Positions 6,927 through 16,360 of a DNA stretch of 64,000 bases are shown here, piece by piece. The number at the start of each line of letters is the position of its first letter. Position 1 is the stretch's first letter. The stretch comes from Blastocatellia bacterium. Lineage in GTDB: Bacteria; Acidobacteriota; Blastocatellia; UBA7656. The notes beneath the pieces are model-generated. The model ran no database searches. It saw only the letters and a program-made list of their open reading frames with translations, and had not been told where the DNA came from. A program made the position numbers and the translations under genes. The DNA lies in the NCBI GenBank assembly GCA_035248905.1, contig DATFGX010000010.1:175468-239467 (forward strand), written 5' to 3'.

Positions 6927-9900
6927 TTAGAAAGTTTGTCCGAAGCGGATGTGAATGACGCCCTGCGGCTGGCGCAGGATGACGCCGGTGGCGCTGACGA
7001 ACGACGGCGGGTTGAGCAGGTAACCGTAATCGATGCCGACCGGGCCGATAGGCGTATCTAATCGCAATCCCAAACCGACCGTGTGCGTCATGTTGCCAAA
7101 GTTCATGTCGCTGACGCGGCGAAAGACGTTGCCGAAATCGTAGAACGGCACCAGCCGCAACTGCTTGGTCAGCGGATAGCGCAGCTCGAAATTCATCACC
7201 AGCATCGCGTCGCCGCCCAACGGCACCAGCGTCGGCAGCTCCATCTCGTTGCGCGGTTCGAGAATGGCTTGCGGGCCGGCCTGCTCGAACTTGAAGCCGC
7301 GCAGCGTCGTCGCGCCGCCGGCGAAGAAGCGCTGGCTGATCGGCAGCACTTGATCGGCGTCGGTGAGCGTGCCGTTCGGCCCAGAGCCGCGAACCGCGAA
7401 CGGCTTGGCCAGTCCAAGGCGCGCCGCGAACGCCAGCACAGTGTCACGCAGCACCGGCGTCATCTTGTCGAATTGATAATAGCGCTGGTAGTTGGCGAAG
7501 AATTTGTTGAACGCTTCGTTGCCGCCGAACGGGCGCGCGGCGATGGAATGCTCGACGCTGATCAGCTCACCTTTGGTTGGATTGAGCGCCGAGTTGCGCG
7601 TGTCGCGCGTCAGCCCCGCAGAGAACAGGCCGAGCCGGATCGTTTGCTCGTTGCGGGCAATCTCTTCGACGGGAATGTTCTCCGGGTTGATCAGCTTGCT
7701 GCTTTCGATGCTGTAACGGAAGTGCAGCGAGGTGATGTCCGAGAACTTGCGCTCGACTTGCAGGAAGGCGACGAAGCGGTTGATGCCGAAGGTCTGCCCG
7801 TTGGTCGTCGTGCCGCCGCCGACCAGCCGCCGCTGCACCAGCGTGTGCAGGTTGGTGTTGCGGTCGTAGAAGGCCGAGGCCGTGTAAGACCAATCGCTGC
7901 TCCAGAGCCGCAGGTCCGTGTACGACAACTGCAAGAGCTGCTCGCGGAAGCTGGCGCGCGTCCGCATCGAGATCGAATTCGCCCGCCCGAACAGGTTGCT
8001 GTCCGTCAGTTGCAGCAATCCGCGCGGCCCTTCGTCGGTCGAAAAGCCGAGACCGTAGACCGCAAGCAAAGGCTTCGCTTCGGTGACGCGCACGGTGACG
8101 CGCCGCGCATCAGGACCCGCGCCCGGCATCGGCTCGTGGTGGATAGCGATCTCGCTGAAGGCGCCCGTGGCGTACAGATCACGTTGCGTGTGGCGGATCA
8201 AGTCGGGCGTCAGCACATCGCCTTCTTTGAAAGCGAAGAAGCGGCGGATCGACGCTTCGCGGGTCTTGGTCTGGCCGGTCACTTCGATAACGGCGACAAT
8301 GGCGCGCGGGCCTTCGGCGATGTTGTATTGCAGCGCCACGCGATCTTCGGCCAGATCAACAATCGTGTACGGCGCGGTCGTGTCGAGGAAGCCGTGGTCG
8401 CCGTAATAGTTCTTGATGTTCTTCGTCGTCTCGCGCGCCTTCGACGGCGAGAAGGCGTCGCCTGCTTTGAGCGCCTGCCGCTGGCGCAGCTCGTCGGCGG
8501 CAAAGACGGCGTTGCCGTTGAATGTAACGTCGGCTACGGTCGCGCGCGTGCCCTCGTCAACGCGGAAGACCAGCACCATGTCTTCGCTGTTCGGCTTGGT
8601 CTCGATGCGCGAGGTGATGCGCGCCGAACGGAAGCCGAGGTCGGCCATGCGGCTGCGGATGGTTTCGCGGTCGCGGCGGATGCGGTCGTTGCTGGTGATG
8701 CCGCGCGCCAGGCCGCCGATCAGCGGCAGACTGCGGAGAATCGGCACCGCGCCGACGAAGCTCGCCTTCTTTGATTGCAGGTCGCCGCTCACGTCGCCAA
8801 TGCCTAGCTCCTTCGTGCCTTCGAGGCGGATGTCGTCCAGGTCAAGGCGCTGCCCCGGCTGCACATCATAAAACACGTGGACGGTGGGGCCACTGCAATC
8901 GGCAGGCTCGCAGCGCTCGTGAACAGTCGCGAAGAAGTAGCCCTGCTCCTGAAGATAGTTTTCGAGATTGCGCTCGCCGAGTCGCGCCAGCGCGCGGCTG
9001 AAGCCTTGCGTCTCGACCGGAATCAATTCGCGCAGCTTGCGATTGCTCAGCTTGACGCCCGCGGGGTTGACCATCGTGACTTCGGCGGGCGGCAGCGGCG
9101 CGCGCGCTGGCGCGGTGTTGCGGCCCGGCGCGACGCTCACAGGCTGTTCGAAGCCGAGCGCGAAGCGCGTGCGCCCGCGCACCTCAATCGTGAAGTTGCT
9201 GTCGGTCGAAGCGCCGTTGCTGACCGTCCCGCCCTGCGTGTACGACGCCAGGCCGGAGAAGCGGTTCGTCAAAACGTACTCGACGAGGGCGCTCTGGTCT
9301 TGCTCGCTGCCGACGTTGGTCGAGTAGGTGAACGACAGGTCACGCGTCAACTGTTTGCCGATGGTCAGCCGCGCCGCCGGGTTGGAGTTCGGCTCAAGCA
9401 CGGGGTCGAGTTGAAAACGATTCAAGCCGAGCAAGGATTCGGTCGGCTGCGAAATGAACTGCTCGGAGAGCAGCGACGCGGCGGCGCCGAGTCCCGATGA
9501 AACTAAATCCTGGCTGGCGAGCGTGCTCGAATTGATGTGGCCGGTGGCGACCAGCGACAGCACGTCCGAGCGCGGCAGGTCGGGGTCGGAGCGCAGCGTC
9601 ACTTCCATCTGATCGAGCGGCCCCTGCAAGCCGACATAAACATGATAATTGCTGATGTCGGCTTCGGTCTGTAGGTTGACCACAGGCGTTGCGCCGCCGC
9701 CCGGAAAGTCGAGCGTGCCGGTGGTGATGTCATAACGCTGGGCGCGCAGCTTGATCGTGCCGCCTTCGACAGAGACACGCCCGGTGATGTTCGGATCGGT
9801 CGCCGTGCCGCTGACCGAGAGCGCCGCCGAGCCGACCGTATTGACTTGCTGGTTGCGGATCAACAAGGTGCCCGGCGCATTGATGCGCAGGTCGAGTCCG

Positions 9901-12900
9901 AGCGGCGGCAGTCCGAGCGGCCCGCGGCCAGCGGTCGAGCCGCCGCTGCCGCCGCCGAAGACCAGACCGTCCGCGCCGCTCGCGTTGCCGCCTGCCATGC
10001 TGCCGAAATCGATGTTCGTCGTGTAATCGCCTTCGGGGATGTTGACCGTGCCGCTCAACACCTGACGGTCGGTGTTGCCCGTGAGGTCAAGGTTGGCATT
10101 GGCGATGATCGAGGCGCCGCCTTCGATGACGTTGACGTTGTCGGCAGTGGCGGTGAAGTGCCAGTCTTGCAGCTTCAGCCCGCTCAAGCGCACCTCGCCG
10201 CTGGCCTTGAGGTTGCCGTCGTTGGCTTGTGCCGTAAAGCTTTCGAGCGTGATGCGGTCACTGGCCATGACGATGCGGCCATTGCCGTTGAAGATGCCGA
10301 GCGGCAGGGCTTCGCCCGAAGCCGCAATCTGTTCCAGACGAATCTCGCCCGCAAGTCGCGGGTCGCTGAGCGTGCCGGTCAATCGCGTATCGACCGTGAT
10401 AGTGCCGCCGAGGTCGAGATCGGGACTCACCTGGCCGAGTTCATTGAGTCGCGCCGCGCCGTTCAAAGCGAAGTTCACCGGCGCGTCGCCGTTCAACGCC
10501 AGCGTGCCGCCGAGTCTGAAATCAAAGCCCTGGCCGTAGATGCGCGTTTGGCTCAGAGCAACTTCAGGCCCGGTCATCGTCACCGACAGCGGCGCCTGAA
10601 TGTTGATCGCTCGGCCCTCTACGTTGAGCGCGACGGTGTTCAGCGTCAGGTCGCCGCGCAGGTGGTCGAGCGTCATCACGCCCTGGTCGTTTTCAATCGG
10701 GCCGATGATGTAGAGCCGGCCATTCACCATGCCTGTGATCTGTGCATCGGGCGCGAAGGCGGCGACCAGCGGCGCGAGGTCGAGGTTATTGAAATTCGAT
10801 TCGACGGTGAGCGGGCGGCCCGGACGGCGCAGCTCGATACTGGCATGCACCGCCTGCGGCTGGCCCGTGATGCCTGTGACAAAATCAACATCCACACGCC
10901 CGCCGGGATTGGTGCGCGCCGTCAGGTTCAACTCGCCGGCGCTGCGGCCATTGATCGTCACGTCTTTGCCTTGCGCCGTTGCTTCGACCTTGAGTTCGCC
11001 GAGGTCTTTAGTGTTGCCGGTCGCTTGCACGGTGGCGCTGGCCATGCCTGTGACGCTGGCCGAGAGGTTCAGCGAAGTCGTCAGTTGATTCAGGTCAACG
11101 TTGTCGGCGCGGGCTTGCAGTTGAAAGTCGCTCGTCTTTAGATCGTACTGGCCGCTGGCGGTCAACTGCCCTTGCGCGAATTTCAGGTCGGCGCGCTCAA
11201 GCCGCGCCGTGCGGCCATCGAAGACGAGGCTGGCATTCGCATTTTCAGCGGCCTGGCCTTCAATCGTGCCGTTGTTCAGTGTGACGGTCGCCGTCCCTGT
11301 CGGCGAGTCGGGCAAGCCCGTCAGATGCGCTTCGCCGTTGAGGCTGCCGGAGATGAGTTTCTGTTGGCTCGACATGCCGGCGGCTGCGGTAATCGTTTCA
11401 ATGTTGATGTGATCGATGACCGCGTCGAGGCGTCCAGACGTAGCCAGCTCGGCGCGCGGCGCTGAGTAATTAAATTTCGCCGAGCCGCCGTCAACGGTCG
11501 CCAGCACGCCGTTTTCAAAAGCGACCTCTTGCGGCGTGAAGCGCAGGTGGCCGGTCAGGCTGCCGACCGTTTGCTCGTGCGCGCCGATGTTCGCGGCGTT
11601 CAAGTCGCCTTCGAGTGACGGGTCGCTGAGCGAGCCGGTGACGCGACCGTCGAAGTGAAAGTCGCCGGCCAGTCGCGGCTCGTACGACGACACAGCGTCT
11701 TTCACGCTGTTGATCGAGTAAGCGATGGTTTGCAGCTCTTCGGCCCTGGTCGAAGCGAGCGAGAAGCGCAGGTCGGACGAGTTGCCTTTGGTCGCGACGC
11801 GCCCGTTTGCGGTCAACTGTGTCGCGCCTGTGTCGAGCGTCAATTGATCGACGTTGAAGTTGCCGCTCTGTGCGCGGAGGGCAACGTCGCCGGTGACGGG
11901 GATGACGCCTTCCGTCTGCGTCGTCTGCGCCGTCAGGTGCGCCGTGATGTTGCCGCTCGCGGCTTCAAAGTTGGTGCCGGGCCAGCTCACGCGCACCTGG
12001 CTGTTGATCTGGCCTGTGAGCGGCTGGTTGTTGACTTCGAGAAGCTTAAAGACTTCACCGGTCTTCAGGTTGTTGAGGCTCGCGGTCAAGCGCGACGCGC
12101 CGCGGCGGCCCGTGGCGATGACGGCGTCGCCGCTGGCTGTGCCGCCCATCAACGAGGCGTTGAAGCGGTTGAGCGCCACGGCATTGTTATCGGCGACCAG
12201 TTGACCGCGCACAGGGCCGACCTCGCTGCCGCGGATATTGCCGCCGCGCACGTCGAGGCTGCCCTTGACTTGATAAACACCGTTGTTAATGTTCGCCGCC
12301 GTGTCGCGCAAGGTGATGCCGTTGATCTGCCCGTCTTTGAGCGCGACGCGCGCGACTGTAACTTGCTTTACAGTCGCTAGCGTGCGCCCGTCGCGCAGTT
12401 CGGCGCGGATGTCTGCGGCGCGCACGTCTTGCACTTGACCCGCGGAGAGACCGACGCGCCCGACGGCGACTTGCTGCACGTTGGCCGTCGTCACGCCGTC
12501 TTTGATCTCGCCGCTGATGCCGCTGATACGGACACCGGCCAGTTGATTGCCGGCGACCGCCGCGCCGCTGGCGTTGGCGCGACTGCTCGTGAAGGTGATG
12601 CGCTCGCCGTCGGATTCGACGTTGATCTCTTCGACGCTGGCTGTGCGCACGCGGTCGCCGGCGGCGGTCAGGTCTTCGGCGGTCAACGCGCCGATGACCT
12701 TGTATTTCGCGCCGTCGCCTGTGACGTTACCGTTGAAAGTCGCCGCGCCTTGCAAACGCACATCGGGCGCGAGCACGCGCGTCGCTTCGGCGAGTGCGAT
12801 GCGCGTCTGCACGTTGGCTTCGTAATGCAGGCCGGTCACCTGATTCAGCTTGCCGCTGCTGTTGACTTCGGCGATGGGCGATTTCAGCGTGAAGTGATCG

Positions 12901-13616
12901 AGCGTCACACCTGTGTCGGTGATCTTAGCGGCGAGGTCAAGGCTATCGATACGGGTGTCGCGGCCCTGGTAACGCAGGCGGCTCGTGCCAACGTTAAATT
13001 GCAGGTCGTTGCCATCTGGCCCTGGCCGCACAGACAGGTGCATGCCTTCGAGCGCGCCGCTGACCTGATGCTGCTGATCGTTGATGTGCAGCGTGCCGGT
13101 CGTCAGTGTGCTGACGAGGCTCGAAAAGTCGAAGGTGATACGACCAGGCGCAGACGGCGGCGGGTTGTGCAGCCCATCGAAGTTCGTGTGCCCCTGCGCG
13201 TCTATGTCAACGTAGGCTTGCAGGTTGTCGACGTCGACGGTCTTGAAGATAATCTCGCGCTTCAGCCGCAGCGCGTAGAGGTGCGGCGTCTCGACGACAA
13301 TCCCGACGTCGTCCATCGTGGCAATCAGTTGATCGGTCTGCGCGTTGTAGAGCTTAATGTCGTGCGCCTTCGCCGTGCGGATGCCCCAGGTCAGGTCAAG
13401 CCCGCCGACCTCTGCGCGCACGCCGTAATCCAAGAGCGCCTTCTGCACCTGAACGATGATGAAGTGATTGAGCCGCCCGGAACGGATGAAGTAAACCGCG
13501 CCGATGACAAGCACGAGCACGAGCAGCAAGACACTTCCGCCCGCGATCAACAGCGAGCGTTTATGTCGTCTAGCCCAGCTTGGCTTAGCCTCAGGCGGAT
13601 CGGGTATCTGGCTCAT
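6927..13616 (-). CDS. TamB/AsmA-like translocation module fused to a POTRA + Omp85 (BamA/TamA-like) outer-membrane barrel
   Basis: Single 2229-aa ORF. It has an N-terminal signal-anchor (LLIAGGSVLLLVLVLVIGAVYF) and a long repetitive beta-rich body ending in a DUF490-like segment (LNRFQLDPVLE...LTIGKQLTRDLSFTYS...ALVEYVLTNRFSG). A Pro-rich linker follows, then POTRA-like repeats and an Omp85 barrel ending IHIRFGQTF with a terminal Phe. Confidence 0.85.
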   Translation of the reverse strand: MSQIPDPPEAKPSWARRHKRSLLIAGGSVLLLVLVLVIGAVYFIRSGRLNHFIIVQVQKALLDYGVRAEVGGLDLTWGIRTAKAHDIKLYNAQTDQLIATMDDVGIVVETPHLYALRLKREIIFKTVDVDNLQAYVDIDAQGHTNFDGLHNPPPSAPGRITFDFSSLVSTLTTGTLHINDQQHQVSGALEGMHLSVRPGPDGNDLQFNVGTSRLRYQGRDTRIDSLDLAAKITDTGVTLDHFTLKSPIAEVNSSGKLNQVTGLHYEANVQTRIALAEATRVLAPDVRLQGAATFNGNVTGDGAKYKVIGALTAEDLTAAGDRVRTASVEEINVESDGERITFTSSRANASGAAVAGNQLAGVRISGISGEIKDGVTTANVQQVAVGRVGLSAGQVQDVRAADIRAELRDGRTLATVKQVTVARVALKDGQINGITLRDTAANINNGVYQVKGSLDVRGGNIRGSEVGPVRGQLVADNNAVALNRFNASLMGGTASGDAVIATGRRGASRLTASLNNLKTGEVFKLLEVNNQPLTGQINSQVRVSWPGTNFEAASGNITAHLTAQTTQTEGVIPVTGDVALRAQSGNFNVDQLTLDTGATQLTANGRVATKGNSSDLRFSLASTRAEELQTIAYSINSVKDAVSSYEPRLAGDFHFDGRVTGSLSDPSLEGDLNAANIGAHEQTVGSLTGHLRFTPQEVAFENGVLATVDGGSAKFNYSAPRAELATSGRLDAVIDHINIETITAAAGMSSQQKLISGSLNGEAHLTGLPDSPTGTATVTLNNGTIEGQAAENANASLVFDGRTARLERADLKFAQGQLTASGQYDLKTSDFQLQARADNVDLNQLTTSLNLSASVTGMASATVQATGNTKDLGELKVEATAQGKDVTINGRSAGELNLTARTNPGGRVDVDFVTGITGQPQAVHASIELRRPGRPLTVESNFNNLDLAPLVAAFAPDAQITGMVNGRLYIIGPIENDQGVMTLDHLRGDLTLNTVALNVEGRAINIQAPLSVTMTGPEVALSQTRIYGQGFDFRLGGTLALNGDAPVNFALNGAARLNELGQVSPDLDLGGTITVDTRLTGTLSDPRLAGEIRLEQIAASGEALPLGIFNGNGRIVMASDRITLESFTAQANDGNLKASGEVRLSGLKLQDWHFTATADNVNVIEGGASIIANANLDLTGNTDRQVLSGTVNIPEGDYTTNIDFGSMAGGNASGADGLVFGGGSGGSTAGRGPLGLPPLGLDLRINAPGTLLIRNQQVNTVGSAALSVSGTATDPNITGRVSVEGGTIKLRAQRYDITTGTLDFPGGGATPVVNLQTEADISNYHVYVGLQGPLDQMEVTLRSDPDLPRSDVLSLVATGHINSSTLASQDLVSSGLGAAASLLSEQFISQPTESLLGLNRFQLDPVLEPNSNPAARLTIGKQLTRDLSFTYSTNVGSEQDQSALVEYVLTNRFSGLASYTQGGTVSNGASTDSNFTIEVRGRTRFALGFEQPVSVAPGRNTAPARAPLPPAEVTMVNPAGVKLSNRKLRELIPVETQGFSRALARLGERNLENYLQEQGYFFATVHERCEPADCSGPTVHVFYDVQPGQRLDLDDIRLEGTKELGIGDVSGDLQSKKASFVGAVPILRSLPLIGGLARGITSNDRIRRDRETIRSRMADLGFRSARITSRIETKPNSEDMVLVFRVDEGTRATVADVTFNGNAVFAADELRQRQALKAGDAFSPSKARETTKNIKNYYGDHGFLDTTAPYTIVDLAEDRVALQYNIAEGPRAIVAVIEVTGQTKTREASIRRFFAFKEGDVLTPDLIRHTQRDLYATGAFSEIAIHHEPMPGAGPDARRVTVRVTEAKPLLAVYGLGFSTDEGPRGLLQLTDSNLFGRANSISMRTRASFREQLLQLSYTDLRLWSSDWSYTASAFYDRNTNLHTLVQRRLVGGGTTTNGQTFGINRFVAFLQVERKFSDITSLHFRYSIESSKLINPENIPVEEIARNEQTIRLGLFSAGLTRDTRNSALNPTKGELISVEHSIAARPFGGNEAFNKFFANYQRYYQFDKMTPVLRDTVLAFAARLGLAKPFAVRGSGPNGTLTDADQVLPISQRFFAGGATTLRGFKFEQAGPQAILEPRNEMELPTLVPLGGDAMLVMNFELRYPLTKQLRLVPFYDFGNVFRRVSDMNFGNMTHTVGLGLRLDTPIGPVGIDYGYLLNPPSFVSATGVILRQPQGVIHIRFGQTF

Positions 13617-13779
13617 TGGAAGAGGTTTGGAACAAGGTCAGATGAGCGTCCAGGGAGGATACTAGCAAGGGCGCGGGACTAATGACAAGCCCTAGTTGTC
13701 ATGCCCAGGCAAGCTGTGTAAACTGTGTCTGCCTCGCATTGGGATCGAGTCATAACCTTCGGGCCAGGGTGGTGTCGCG

Positions 13780-16329
13780 ATGAAAGATGTAGCCGCTTAT
13801 TCGAACTCGCCTGCTAACCCTCTGGAGACCATTTACCATTTGATCGCGGCGATTGGCCGGGTCGAGCGCCTCGAAGAGATTTATGAAGCGACCTTGAAGG
13901 GCTTGCTCGGCGCGCTCAAGGCGGATCGCGCGGCGATCCTGCTCACGGACGCCGACGGCGTGATGCGCTTCAAGGCGTGGCGCGGACTCTCCGACACCTA
14001 TCGCCGCGCCGTCGAAGGCCACACGCCCTGGTCGAGCGATGACCGAGACCCGCAGCCCGTGCTCGTCGCTGACGCTGAGCGCGCGCCGATGGCCGAGACC
14101 TTGCGCCGGGCGCTCAGCCGCGAAGGCATCCGCGCCATCGCCTTCCTGCCGCTCGTCAGCCGCGGGCAATTGCTTGGCAAATTCATGGTCTACTACAACG
14201 CGCCGCACGCGCACGCCTCGGGTGACGTGCAACTGGCGCAGATCATCGCCGGCCACGTCGCTTTTGCCATCGAGCGGAAGCGCGCCGAGCAGGTCTTGAA
14301 GGCGTCCGAAGAGCGCTTCTCGAAAGCCTTCAAAGCCAACCCCGACCCGATGGCCATTCACGCCATCCGCGATGGCCGCTTCGTCGAAGTCAACGACAGC
14401 TTCCTGCGCATCAGCGGCTACCGCCGCGACGAAATCGTCGGTCGCACGATTGCTGAACTCGGCTTCCTCGCCGACCCCGGTTACTTCGACCGCGCCGCGC
14501 GCTTGCTCGCCGAGCGGGGCCGGCTGAAGGAGTTCGAGTTCGAGTATTGCACGCGCAGCGGCGAGCGGCGCTGGGGCGTGATCTCCGCCGAGATTATCCG
14601 GATTGACAACGAGCCGTTCATCCTGAGCACGACCAGCGACATCACCGCGCGCAAGCAGGTCGAAGAGACGACGCGGCTGCACCGCAGCGTCGAAGAACAG
14701 CTCTCGCTGTTGATCGATGCGTCGGGGGCGCTGCTGACTTCGCTTCAGCCGCAAGCCGTGCACGGCGCCATCCTCGACCTCGCTCGCCGGCTGGTGCCCG
14801 CCGACGCCTACGCCATCTGGCGCTACTGCGAGCGCGAGCAGCGCTGGGAGATCGGCTGCGCCGATGGCCTTTCGGAAACCTACAGACAAAGCACGATAGA
14901 TATGCTCGGCGGCGTCTCGCCGGCGCAGGTGCCGCAGGTCATGAGTGAAGATGTCGAGCAAGAACCGATGCTCGACAGCCGCCGCGAACTCTACCGCGCC
15001 GAAGGCATTCGCTCGCTGCTGGCCGTGCCGCTGCACCTGTACGGCGAAAGCGCCGGCACCATCGCCTTCTATTTCAAAGCGCCGCATCGCTTCACGCAGG
15101 CCGAGCGGCGCATCGCCACGGCGCTCGCCAACCTGGCGTCGGCGGCCATGACCACCGCCGAGTCGTTCCAGGAGCAGCGGCGCTTGCGCGTCCACGCCGA
15201 AGAGTCGAACCGTTTGAAAGACGAATTCCTCGCCACCGTGTCGCACGAGCTGCGCACGCCGCTGACGCCGCTGCTCGGCTGGACGCACATGCTGCGCACG
15301 CAAAAGATGGACGCGAATATGCGCGCCGCCGCGCTCGAAGTCATCGAGCGTAACGTGCGCTCGCAGACGCAGATCATCAACGACATCCTCGACGTGTCGC
15401 GCATCATGACCGGCAAGCTGCGGCTGGAGATTCAAGCCGTGCAGCTGGCGCAGATCATCGAGTCGGCCATCGACACCGTGCGGCCTGCCGCCAGCGCCAA
15501 AAAGATTCGCCTGTGCACCGAGCTCGATCAGCCGGTCGACGAGGTGCGCTGCGACCCCGACCGCTTGCAGCAGATCGTCTGGAATCTGTTGTCGAATGCC
15601 ATCAAGTTCACGCCCGAAGGCGGCGAGGTGAGCGTCGCGTTGTCGAATCAAGCGGGCCGCGCCGCCATCACTGTGAGCGACACGGGGCAGGGGATTAGCG
15701 CAGACTTTCTGCCGCACGTCTTCGACCGCTTCCGCCAGGCCGATAGCTCGTACACGCGCAAGCACGGCGGCCTCGGGTTGGGCCTGGCCATCGTCCGTCA
15801 CCTGGTCGAATTGCATGGCGGCACGGTTGAAGCACACAGCGAAGGCCAGGGCCGCGGCGCGACCTTCACGGTCTCTCTGCCGCTGGCCGACCAGATAACT
15901 CTGCTCGCGCCGCCGGTCGCGGCGCAGGCCGAACCGGAGACGCGCTGGTCGCTTGCCGGCGTGCGGTTGTTGCTCGTCGATGACGACGAAGACACGCTCG
16001 CCATGCTCAGCCTGGCGCTCAGTCAGCGTGGCGCGACGGTCGAGCGCGCGACCTCTGCGGCGCGCGCCTTTGAGTTGTTGCGGCAATCGCCGCCCGACGT
16101 GCTGGTCTGTGACATCGGCATGCCCGGCGAAGATGGTTTCGCGCTGATCGAACGGGTGCGCCTTCTCGGCGCCGATCAGGGCGGCAACGTCAAAGCCGTG
16201 GCGCTGACGGCTTACGCCCGCGCCGAAGACCGCCAGCGGGCGCTGGCCTGCGGCTTTCAACACCACCTGCCGAAGCCCATCGATCCTGATGAGCTAACCG
16301 CCCTGCTCGCCACAGTCATCGCCGAATAG
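13780..16329 (+). CDS. Hybrid sensor histidine kinase (GAF-PAS-GAF-HisKA-HATPase-REC)
   Basis: H-box SHELRTPLTP, N/G boxes (NLLSNAIKFTPEGG, DTGQGI, GGLGLGLAIV) and a C-terminal receiver (LLLVDDDED...VLVCDIGMPGEDG...LPKPI). The 838-aa antisense ORF is treated as a shadow. Confidence 0.9.
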   Translation: MKDVAAYSNSPANPLETIYHLIAAIGRVERLEEIYEATLKGLLGALKADRAAILLTDADGVMRFKAWRGLSDTYRRAVEGHTPWSSDDRDPQPVLVADAERAPMAETLRRALSREGIRAIAFLPLVSRGQLLGKFMVYYNAPHAHASGDVQLAQIIAGHVAFAIERKRAEQVLKASEERFSKAFKANPDPMAIHAIRDGRFVEVNDSFLRISGYRRDEIVGRTIAELGFLADPGYFDRAARLLAERGRLKEFEFEYCTRSGERRWGVISAEIIRIDNEPFILSTTSDITARKQVEETTRLHRSVEEQLSLLIDASGALLTSLQPQAVHGAILDLARRLVPADAYAIWRYCEREQRWEIGCADGLSETYRQSTIDMLGGVSPAQVPQVMSEDVEQEPMLDSRRELYRAEGIRSLLAVPLHLYGESAGTIAFYFKAPHRFTQAERRIATALANLASAAMTTAESFQEQRRLRVHAEESNRLKDEFLATVSHELRTPLTPLLGWTHMLRTQKMDANMRAAALEVIERNVRSQTQIINDILDVSRIMTGKLRLEIQAVQLAQIIESAIDTVRPAASAKKIRLCTELDQPVDEVRCDPDRLQQIVWNLLSNAIKFTPEGGEVSVALSNQAGRAAITVSDTGQGISADFLPHVFDRFRQADSSYTRKHGGLGLGLAIVRHLVELHGGTVEAHSEGQGRGATFTVSLPLADQITLLAPPVAAQAEPETRWSLAGVRLLLVDDDEDTLAMLSLALSQRGATVERATSAARAFELLRQSPPDVLVCDIGMPGEDGFALIERVRLLGADQGGNVKAVALTAYARAEDRQRALACGFQHHLPKPIDPDELTALLATVIAE

Positions 16330-16332
16330 GAT

Positions 16333-16359
16333 GTGGCGCAAGCTGTTAGCTTGCGCCAC
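16333..16359. terminator. Bidirectional terminator hairpin between convergent kinase genes
   Basis: Perfect 11-bp stem, gtggcgcaagc / gcttgcgccac, with a 5-nt loop. It lies between the stops at 16329 (+) and 16361 (-). There is no T tract. Confidence 0.55.
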
Positions 16360-16360
16360 T

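Noticed and set aside
13750-16266. 838-aa ORF antisense to the GAF-PAS-GAF hybrid kinase. Other long antisense ORFs: 120-779, 5525-6247, 7083-8774, 9846-11141, 12429-13682, 24067-25875, 40733-41743, 43743-45125, 57046-58218, 58951-60027.
   Set aside because: Their translations are Arg/Ala/Gly/Asp-rich with no motifs. The opposite strand in each case carries clear domain signatures (H-box, Walker motifs, MIDAS and others). These are typical stop-poor shadow frames of a high-GC genome.
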